Of a stretch of DNA of 64,000 bases, positions 1 through 10,535 are shown in pieces. This DNA is from Eledone cirrhosa. Its lineage: Eukaryota. Both the position numbers and the translations under genes were made by a program. The DNA is taken from NCBI GenBank assembly GCA_964016885.1, contig OZ024744.1:19220001-19284000 (forward strand), read 5' to 3'. The first letter of the stretch is position 1. Every line of letters begins with the position of its first letter. The notes below the pieces were generated by a model. That model did not search any database and was not told the DNA's origin. It worked only from the letters and a program-made list of their open reading frames with translations.

Positions 1-1906
1 CTCTGTGTATGTCACTGTATCTCTGTGTATGTCTGTGTCACTGTGTATGTCACTCTGTGTTTGTGTATGCCTGTGTGACTGTGTATTTCACTGTTTGTTT
101 CTTTATGTATGTGTCACTGTGTATGTCACTGTGTGTTTCTGTATGTCTGTGTCACTGTGTATGTCACTGTATCTTTGTGTATGTCTGTGTCACTGTGTAT
201 GTCACTGTGTGTTTCTGTATGTCTGTGTCACTGTGTATGTCATTGTGTGTTTCTGTATGCTTGTGTCTGTGTATGTCACTGTATCTTTGTGTATGTCTGT
301 GTCACGGTGTATGTCACTGTATGTTTGTGTATGCCTGTGTCACTCTTATATCAATGAATGTTTCTGTATGTCTATGTCTCTGTGTATGTCACTGTATCTT
401 TGTGTATGCCTGTGGCACTCTGTATGTCATTGTGTGTTTCTGTATGTCTGTGTCACTGTCTATGTCACTGTATCTTTGTGTATGTCTGTGTCACTGTGTA
501 TGTCACTGTGTGTTTGTGTATGCCTGTGTCACTGTGTATGTTACTGTGTGTTTCTGTATGTCTGTGTCACTGTGTATGTCACTGGGTGTTTCTCCAAGTC
601 TGTGTCACTTTGTATGTCACTGTATCTTTGTGTATGTATGTGTCACTGTGTATGTCCCTGTATCTTTGTGTATGTCTGTGTCACCGTGTATGTCACTGTA
701 TATTTGTGTATGTATGTGTCACTGTGTAAGTCATTGTATCTTTGTGTATGTCTGTGGCACTCTGTATGTCACTGTGTGTTTCTATATGTCTGTGTCACTG
801 TCTATGTCACTGTATCTCTGTGTATGTATGTGTCACTGTGTATGTCACTGTGTGTTTCTGTATGTCTGTGTCTGTGTATGTCACTGTATCTCTGTGTATG
901 TCTGTGTCACTGTGTATGTCACTGTGTGTTTGTGTATGCCTGTGTGACTGTGTATTTCACTGTTTGTTTCTTTATGTCTGTGTCACTGTGTATGTCACTG
1001 GGTGTTTCTGTATGTCTGTGTCACTCTGTATGTCACTCTATCTTTGTGTATGTCTCTGTCACCGTGTATGTCACTGTGTCTTTGTGTATATGTGTGTAAC
1101 CATGTAAGTAACTTATCTTTGTGTATGTCTGTGTCACTGTGTATGTCGCTGTGTCTTTCTGTATGTCTGTGTATCTGTGTATGTCACTGTATCTTTGTGG
1201 ATGTCTGTGTCACCGTGTATGTCACTGTATCTTTGTGTATGTCTATGTCACTGTGTATGTCAATTCTGTGTTTCTGTATGTCTGTGTCACTGTGAATGTC
1301 ACTGTATCTTTGTGTATGTCTGTGTCGCGGTGTATGTCACTGTATCTTTGTGTATGTCTGTGTCACAGTGTATGTCACTGTATGTTTCTGTATGTCTGTC
1401 ACTGTGTATATCAATGTATGTGTATGTATGCATGTGTCACTGTGTATATCAATGTATGTTTCTGTATGTCTATGTCTCTGTATGTCACTGTATCTTTGTG
1501 TATGACTGTGTCACTGTGTATGTCACTGTGTGTTTGTGTGTGTCTGTGTCACTGTGTATGTCACTGTATGTTTCTCTATGTCTGTGTCACTGTGTATGTC
1601 ACTGTATGTTTCTGTATGTCTGTGCCACTGTGTATGTCACTGTATGTTTCTGTATGTCGGTGTCACTGTGTATGTCACTGTATGTTTCTCTATGTCTGTG
1701 TCACTATGTATGTCACTGTGTGTTTCTGTATGTCTGTGTCACTGTGTATGTCACTGTATGTTTCTGTATGTCTGTGTCACTGTGTATGTCAATGTGTTTG
1801 TATGTGTTTGTGTCACTGTGTATGTCACTGTATGTTTCTGTATGTCTGTGTCACTGTGTATGTCACTGTATGTTTGTGTGTGTCTGTGTCACTGTGTATG
1901 TCACTG

Positions 1907-1934
1907 TGTTTTTGCGTGTGTCTGTGTCACTGTG
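1907..1934 (-). other. Representative 12-RSS-like element CACAGTG-ACACAGACACAC-GCAAAAACA (recurrent TTTTTGCG monomer variant; function unproven)
   Basis: The + strand reads tgtttttgc (1907-1915), gtgtgtctgtgt (1916-1927), cactgtg (1928-1934). Heptamer 7/7, spacer 12 bp, nonamer 7/9 with an intact A5 tract. Confidence 0.5.
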
Positions 1935-2248
1935 TATGTCACTGTGTGTTTGTGTATGTATGTGTCACTGTGTATGTCACTGTGTGTTTCTGTATGTCTG
2001 TGTCACTGTGTATGTCACTGTATGTTTTTGTATGTCTGTGTCACTGTGTATGTCACTGTATGTTTGTGTGTGTCTGTGTCACTGTGTATGTCACTGTGTT
2101 TTTGCGTGTGTCTGTGTCACTGTGTATGTCACTGTGTGTTTGTGTATGTATGTGTCACTGTGTATGTCATTGTGTGTTTCTGTATGTCTGTGTCACAGTG
2201 TATGTCACTGTATGTTTTTGTATGCCTGTGTCACTGTGTATGCCACTG

Positions 2249-2276
2249 TATTTTTGTGTATGTCTGTGTCACTGTG
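2249..2276 (-). other. Representative 12-RSS-like element CACAGTG-ACACAGACATAC-ACAAAAATA (sequence match only; function unproven)
   Basis: The + strand reads tatttttgt (2249-2257), gtatgtctgtgt (2258-2269), cactgtg (2270-2276). Heptamer 7/7, spacer exactly 12 bp, nonamer 7/9 to ACAAAAACC. Confidence 0.5.
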
Positions 2277-2340
2277 TGTGTCACTGTGTATGTCACTGTA
2301 TGTTTCTGTATGTCTGTGTCACGGTGTATGTCACTGTGTG

Positions 2341-2835
2341 TTTCTGTATGTCTGTGTCACTGTGTATGTAACTGTATATTGTGTATGTTTGTGTCACTGT
2401 GTATGTCACTGTCTGTTTATGTATGTCTGTGTCACTGTTTGTGTCACTGTGTGTTTCTGTATGCCTGTGTCTCTGTGTATGTCAATGTGTCTTTGTGTAT
2501 GTCTGTGTCTCCGTGTATGTCACTGGGTGTTTCTGTATGTCTGTGTCACTGTGTGTTTCTGTATATCTGTGTCTCTGTGTATGTCACTGTATCTGTGTGT
2601 ATGTCTGTGTCACTGTGTATGTCACTGTATATGTGTGTATGTCTGTGTCATTGTGTATGTCACTGTGTGTTTCTGTATGTATGTGTCACTGTGTATGTAA
2701 CTGTATATTGTGTATGTTTGTGTCACTGTGTATGTCACTGTCTGTTTATGTATGTCTGTGTCACTGTTTGTGTCACTGTGTGTTTCTGTATGCCTGTGTC
2801 TCTGTGTATGTCAATGTGTCTTTGTATATGTCTGT
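2341..2835. repeat. Local duplication with 329-bp period (also at ~10552-11046)
   Basis: The motif GTAACTGTATATTGTG and the variants that follow it recur 329 bp apart (ORF starts 2381/2710 and 10592/10921). Confidence 0.72.
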
Positions 2836-4989
2836 GTCACTGTGTATATCACTGTATGTTTGTGTATGCCTGTGTCACTGTGTATGTCACCCTATGTTTG
2901 TCTATGTCTGTGTCACTGTGTATGTCACTGTATGTTTCTGTATGTCTGTGTCACTGTGTATGTCAATGTGTGTTTCTGTATCTCTGTGTCACGGCGTATG
3001 TCACTGTATGTTTGTGTATGTCTGTGTCACTGTGTATGTCACTGTATGTTTCTCTATGTCTGTGTCACTGTGTATGTCACTGTATGTTTCTGTATGTCTG
3101 TGCCACTGTGTATGTCACTGTATGTTTCTGAAAGTCGGTGTCACTGTGTATGTCACTGTATGTTTCTCTATGTCTGTGTCACTATGTATGTAACTGTATG
3201 TTTGTGTATGTCTGTGTCACTGTGTATGTCACTGTATGTTTGTGTATGTCTGTGTCACTGTCTATGTCACTGTGTGTTTCTGTATGTCTGTGTCATTGTG
3301 TATGTCACTGTATGTTTCTGTATGTCTGTGTCACTGTGTATATCACTGTGTATATCACTGTGTGTTCCTGTATGTCTGCGTCACTGTGTATGTCACTGTA
3401 TCTTTGTGTATGTATGTGTCACCGTGGATGTCACTGTATCTCTGTGTATGTCTGTGTCACTGTCAATGTCACTGTATCTTTGTGTATGTCTGTGTCACTG
3501 TGTATGTCACTGTGTGTTTGTGTATGCATGTGTCACTGTGTATGTCACTGGGTGTTTCTGTGTGTCTGTGTCACTCTGTATGTCACTGTATCTTTGTGTA
3601 TGTCTGTGTCACCGTGTATGTCACTGTATCTTTGTGTATGTATGTGTCACTGTGTATGTCACTTTGTGTTTCTGTATGTCTGTGTCACGGTGTATGTCAC
3701 TGTATTTTTGTGTATGTCTGTGTCACTGTGTGTGTCACTGTGTATGTCACTGTATGCTTCTGTATGTCTGTGTCACTGTGTATGTCACTGTGTGTTTCTG
3801 TATGTCTGTGTCACTGTGTATGTCACTGTATGTTTTTGTATGTCTGTGTCACTGTGTATGTCACTGTATGTTTTTGTATGTCTGTGTCACTGTGTATGTC
3901 ACAGTATGTTTATGTATGTCTGTGTCACTGTGTATGTCACTGTATCTTTGTGTATGGCTGTGTCACTGTGTATGTCACTGTGTGTTTGGGTATGTCTGTG
4001 TCACTGTGTATTTGTGTATGGCTGTGCCACTGTGTATGTCACTGTATGTTGTGTATATCTGTGTCACTGTGTATGTCACTGTATTTTTGTGTATGTCTGT
4101 GTCACCGTGTATGTCACTGTATATTTGTGTATGTCTGTTTCACTGTGTATGTCACTGTATCTTTGTGTATGTCTGTGTCACCGTGTATGTCACTGTATAT
4201 TTGTGTATGTCTATGGCACTATGTATGTCATTGTGTGTTTTTGTATGTCTGTGTCACTGTCTATGTCACTGTATCTTTGTGTATGTATGTGTCAGTGCGT
4301 ATGTCACTGGGTGTTTCTGTATGTCTGTGTCACTCTGTCTATCACTGTATCTTTGTGTATGTCTGTGTCACCGTGTATGCCATTGTATCTTTGTGTATGT
4401 CTATGTCACTGTGTATGTCACTGTATCTTTGTGTATGTCTGTGTCACTGTGTATGTCACTGTGTGTTTCTGTATGTCTGTGTCAAGGTGTATGTCACTGT
4501 ATGTTTGTGTATGTCTGTGTCACTGTGTATGTCACTGTGAGATTATGTATGTCTGAGGCACTGTGTATGTCACAGTGTGTTTCTGTATGTCTGTGTCACT
4601 GTGTATGTCACTGTATGTCTATGTATGTCTGTGTCACTGTCTATGTTACTGTATCTGTGTGTATGTCTGTGCCACTGTGTATGTCACTGTATATGTGTGT
4701 ATGTCTGTGTCACTGTGTATGTCACTGTGTGTTTCTGTATGTATGTGTCACTGTGTATGTAACTGTATATTTGTGTATGTTTGTGTCACTGTGTATGTCA
4801 CTGTCTGTTTATGTATGTCTGTGTCACTGTTTGTGTCACTGTGTGTTTCTGTATGCCTGTGTCTCTGTGTATGTCAATGTGTCTTTGTATATGTCTGTGT
4901 CACGGCGTATGTCACTGTATGTTTGTGTATGTCTGTGTCACTGTGTATGTCACTGTGTGTTTCTGTATGTCTGTGTCACTGTGTATATC

Positions 4990-6730
4990 ACTGTATCTTT
5001 GTGTATGTCTGTGTCACTGTGTATGTCACTGTGTGTTTCTGTATGTCTGTGTCACTGTGTATGTCATTGTGTGTTTCTGTATGCCTGTGTCTGTGTATGT
5101 CACTGTATCTTTGTGTATGTCTGTGTCACGGTGTATGTCACTGTATGTTTGTGTATGCCTGTGTCACTCTTATATCAATGAATGTTTCTGTATGTCTATG
5201 TCTCTGTGTATGTCACTGTATCTTTGTGTATGTCTGTGGCACTCTGTATGTCATTGTGTGTTTCTGTATGTCTGTGTCACTGTCTATGTCACTGTATCTT
5301 TGTGTATGTCTGTGTCACTGTGTATGTCACTGTGTGTTTGTGTATGCCTGTGTCACTGTGTATGTCACTGTGTGTTTCTGTATGTCTGTGTCACTGTGTA
5401 TGTCACTGGGTGTTTTTCTATGTCTGTGTCACTTTGTATGTCACTGTATCTTTGTGTATGTATGTGTCACTGTGTATGTCCCTGTATCTTTGTGTATGTC
5501 TGTGTCACCGTGTATGTCACTGTATCTTTGTGTATGTATGTGTCACTGTGTAAGTCATTGTATCTTTGTGTATGTCTGTGGCACTCTGTATGTCACTGTG
5601 TGTTTCTATATGTCTGTGTCACTGTCTATGTCACTGTATCTTTGTGTATTTATGTGTCACTGTGTATGTCACTGTGTGTTTCTGTATGTCTGTGTCTCTG
5701 TGTATGTCACTGTATCTCTGTGTATGTCTGTGTCACTGTGTATGTCACTGTGTGTTTGTGTATGCCTGTGTGACTGTGTATTTCACTGTTTGTTTCTTTA
5801 TGTATGTGTCACTGTGTATGTCACTGTGTGTTTCTGTATGTCTGTGTCACTGTGTATGTCACTGTATCTTTGTGTATGTCTGTGTCACTGTGTATGTCAC
5901 TGTGTGTTTCTGTATGTCTGTGTCACTGTGTATGTCAATGTGTGTTTCTGTATGCCTGTGTCTGTGTATGTCACTGTATCTTTGTGTATGTCTGTGTCAC
6001 GGTGTATGTCACTGTATGTTTGTGTATGCCTGTGTCACTCTTATATCAATGAATGTTTCTGTATGTCTATGTCTCTGTGTATGTCACTGTATCTTTGTGT
6101 ATGTCTGTGGCACTCTGTATGTCATTGTGTGTTTCTGTATGTCTGTGTCACTGTCTATGTCACTGTATCTTTGTGTATGTCTGTGTCACTGTGTATGTCA
6201 CTGTGTGTTTGTGTATGCCTGTGTCACTGTGTATGTCACTGTGTGTTTCTATATGTCTGTGTCACTGTGTATGTCACTGGGTGTTTCTCAATGTCTGTGT
6301 CACTTTGTATGTCACTGTATCTTTGTGTATGTATGTGTCACTGTGTATGTCCCTGTATCTTTGTGTATGTCTGTGTCACCGTGTATGTCACTGTATCTGT
6401 GTATGTATGTGTCACTGTGTAAGTCATTGTATCTTTGTGTATGTCTGTGGCACTCTGTATGTCACTGTGTGTTTCTATATGTCTGTGTCACTGTCTATGT
6501 CACTGTATCTTTGTGTATGTATGTGTCACTGTGTATGTCACTGTGTGTTTCTGTATGTCTGTGTCTCTGTGTATGTCACTGTATCTCTGTGTATGTCTGT
6601 GTCACTGTGTATGTCACTCTGTGTTTGTGTATGCCTGTGTGACTGTGTATTTCACTGTTTGTTTCTTTATGTATGTGTCACTGTGTATGTCACTGTGTGT
6701 TTCTGTATGTCTGTATCACTGTGTATGTCA
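4990..6730. repeat. Tandem ~870-bp (about 23-monomer) higher-order repeat; a second pair lies at ~13200-14880
   Basis: The landmark CACTCTTATATCAATGAATG is at 5165 and 6036 (871 apart) and at 13376 and 14245 (869 apart). The TGACTGTGTATTTCAC landmark shows similar spacing. Confidence 0.8.
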
Positions 6731-6853
6731 CTGTATCTTTGTGTATGTCTGTGTCACTGTGTATGTCACTGTGTGTTTCTGTATGTCTGTGTCACTGTGT
6801 ATGTCATTGTGTGTTTCTGTATGCCTGTGTCTGTGTATGTCACTGTATCTTTG

Positions 6854-8621
6854 TGTATGTCTGTGTCACTGTGTATGTCACTGGGTGTTTCTCCAAGTCT
6901 GTGTCACTTTGTATGTCACTGTATCTTTGTGTATGTATGTGTCACTGTGTATGTCCCTGTATCTTTGTGTATGTCTGTGTCACCGTGTATGTCACTGTAT
7001 ATCTGTGTATGTATGTGTCACTGTGTAAGTCATTGTATCTTTGTGTATGTCTGTGGCACTCTGTATGTCACTGTGTGTTTCTATATGTCTGTGTCACTGT
7101 CTATGTCACTGTATCTCTGTGTATGTATGTGTCACTGTGTATGTCACTGTGTGTTTCTGTATGTCTGTGTCTGTGTATGTCACTGTATCTCTGTGTATGT
7201 CTGTGTCACTGTGTATGTCACTGTGTGTTTGTGTATGCCTGTGTGACTGTGTATTTCACTGTTTGTTTCTTTATGTCTGTGTCACTGTGTATGTCACTGG
7301 GTGTTTCTGTATGTCTGTGTCACTCTGTATGTCACTCTATCTTTGTGTATGTCTCTGTCACCGTGTATGTCACTGTGTCTTTGTGTATATGTGTGTAACC
7401 ATGTAAGTAACTTATCTTTGTGTATGTCTGTGTCACTGTGTATGTCGCTGTGTCTTTCTGTATGTCTGTGTATCTGTGTATGTCACTGTATCTTTGTGGA
7501 TGTCTGTGTCACCGTGTATGTCACTGTATCTTTGTGTATGTCTATGTCACTGTGTATGTCAATTCTGTGTTTCTGTATGTCTGTGTCACTGTGAATGTCA
7601 CTGTATCTTTGTGTATGTCTGTGTCGCGGTGTATGTCACTGTATCTTTGTGTATGTCTGTGTCACAGTGTATGTCACTGTATGTTTCTGTATGTCTGTCA
7701 CTGTGTATATCAATGTATGTTTATGTATGCATGTGTCACTGTGTATATCAATGTATGTTTCTGTATGTCTATGTCTCTGTATGTCACTGTATCTTTGTGT
7801 ATGACTGTGTCACTGTGTATGTCACTGTGTGTTTGTGTGTGTCTGTGTCACTGTGTATGTCACTGTATGTTTCTCTATGTCTGTGTCACTGTGTATGTCA
7901 CTGTATGTTTCTGTATGTCTGTGCCACTGTGTATGTCACTGTATGTTTCTGTATGTCGGTGTCACTGTGTATGTCACTGTATGTTTCTCTATGTCTGTGT
8001 CACTATGTATGTCACTGTGTGTTTCTGTATGTCTGTGTCACTGTGTATGTCACTGTATGTTTCTGTATGTCTGTGTCACTGTGTATGTCAATGTGTTTGT
8101 ATGTGTTTGTGTCACTGTGTATGTCACTGTATGTTTCTGTATGTCTGTGTCACTGTGTATGTCACTGTATGTTTGTGTGTGTCTGTGTCACTGTGTATGT
8201 CACTGTGTTTTTGCGTGTGTCTGTGTCACTGTGTATGTCACTGTGTGTTTGTGTATGTATGTGTCACTGTGTATGTCACTGTGTGTTTCTGTATGTCTGT
8301 GTCACTGTGTATGTCACTGTATGTTTTTGTATGTCTGTGTCACTGTGTATGTCACTGTATGTTTGTGTGTGTCTGTGTCACTGTGTATGTCACTGTGTTT
8401 TTGCGTGTGTCTGTGTCACTGTGTATGTCACTGTGTGTTTGTGTATGTATGTGTCACTGTGTATGTCATTGTGTGTTTCTGTATGTCTGTGTCACAGTGT
8501 ATGTCACTGTATGTTTTTGTATGCCTGTGTCACTGTGTATGCCACTGTATTTTTGTGTATGTCTGTGTCACTGTGTGTGTCACTGTGTATGTCACTGTAT
8601 GTTTCTGTATGTCTGTGTCAC
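6854..8621. repeat. Segmental duplicate of ~555-2322 (offset 6299 bp); ends approximate
   Basis: Matching ORF pairs: 742/7041, 1002/7301, 1121/7420, 1296/7595, 1530/7829. The CTCCAAG variant is shared. Positions 1-~300 match 6565-~6865 (offset 6564), which implies a 265-bp deletion in the second copy. Confidence 0.85.
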
Positions 8622-10535
8622 TGTGTATGTCACTGTGTGTTTCTGTATGTCTGTGTCACTGTGTATGTCACTGTATGTTTTTGTATGTCTGTGTCACTGT
8701 GTATGTCACTGTATGTTTTTGTATGTCTGTGTCACTGTGTATGTCACTGTGTGTTTATGTATGTCTGTGTCACTGTGTATGTCACTGTATCTTTGTGTAT
8801 GTCTGTGTCACTGTGTATGTCACTCTGTGTTTCTCTATGTCTGTGTCACTGTGTATGTCACTGTACTTTTGTGTATGTCTGTGTCACCGTGTATGTCACT
8901 GTATATTTGTGTATGTCTGTGTCACTGTGTATGTCACTGTATCTTTGTGTATGTCTGTGTCACCGTGTATGTCACTGTATATTTGTGTATGTCTGTGGCA
9001 CTATGTATGTCATTGTGTGTTTCTGTATGTCTGTGTCACTGTCTATGTCACTGTATCTTTGTGTATGTCTGTGTCACTGTGTACGTCACTGTGTTTTTGC
9101 GTGTGTCTGTGTCACTGTGTATGTCACTGTGTGTTTCTGTATGTCTGTGTCACTGTGTATGTCACTGTGTGTTTCTGTATGTCTGTGTCACTGTGTATGT
9201 CACTGTATGTTTGTGTCTGTCTGTGTCACTGTGTATGTCACTGTGTTTTTGCGTGTGTCTGTGTCACTGTGTATGCCACTGTGTGTTTGTGTATGTCTGT
9301 GTCACTGTGTATGTCACTGTGTGTTTCTGTATGTCTGCGTCGCTGTGTATGTCACTGTGTGTTTCTGTATGTCTGTGTCACTGTGTATGTCACTGTATGT
9401 TTTTGTATGTCTGTGTCACTGTGAATGCCACTGTATTTTTGTGTATGTCTGTGTCACTGTGTGTGTCACTGTGTATGTCACTGTATGCTTCTGTATGTCT
9501 GTGTCACTGTGTATGTCACTGTGTGTTTCTGTATGTCTGTGTCACTGTGTATGTCACTGTATTTTTTTGTATGTCTGTGTCACTGTGTATGTCACTGTAT
9601 GTTTTTGTATGTCTGTGTCACTGTGTATGTCACTGTGTGTTTATGTATGTCTGTGTCACTGTGTATGTCACTGTATATTTGTGTATGGCTGTGTCACTGT
9701 GTATGTCACTGTGTTTTTGGGTATGTCTGTGTCACTGTGTATGTCACTGTGTATTTGTGTATGGAGGTGCCACTGTGTATGTCACTGTATGTGTGTGTAT
9801 GTATGTGTCAGTGCGTATGTCACTGGGTGTTTCTGAATGTCTGTGTCACTGTGTATGTCACTGTAGGTTTTTGTATGTCTGTGTCACTGTGTATGTCACT
9901 CTGTGTTTCTCTATGTCTGTGTCACTGTGTATGTCACTGTATATTTGTGTATGTCTGTGTCACTGTGTATGTCACTGTATATTTGTGTATGTCTGTGTCA
10001 CCGTGTATGTCACTGTATATTTGTGTATGTCTATGGCACTATGTATGTCATTGTGTGTTTCTGTATGTCTGTGTCACTCTGTATATCACTGTATCTTTGT
10101 GTATGTCTGTGTCACCGTGTATGCCATTGTATCTTTGTGTAAGTCTATGTCACTGTGTATGTCACTGTATCTTTGTGTATGTCTGTGTCACTGTGTATGT
10201 CACTGTGTGTTTGTGTATGTCTGTGTCAAGGTGTATGTCACTGTATGTTTGTGTATGTCTGTGTCACTGTGTATGTCACTGTGAGATTATGTATGTCTGA
10301 GGCACTGTGTATGTCACTGTGTGTTTCTGTATGTCTGTGTCACTGTGTATGTCACTGTATGTCTCTGTATGTCTGTGTCACTGTCTATGTCACTGTATCG
10401 TTGTGTATGTCTGTGTCACTGTGTATGTCACTGTGTGTTTCTCAATGTATGTGTCACTGTGTATGTCACTGTGTGTTTCTGTATGTCTGTGTCTCTATGT
10501 ATGTCACTGTATATGTGTGTATGTGTGTGTCATTG

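Noticed and set aside
1100-1112. GTAAGT 5' splice-donor consensus in the landmark monomer (11 copies) and in GTGTAAGTCAT variants
   Set aside because: There are no credible exons and very few AG acceptors on the + strand. The word arises from a single T-to-A change in the consensus GTATGT.
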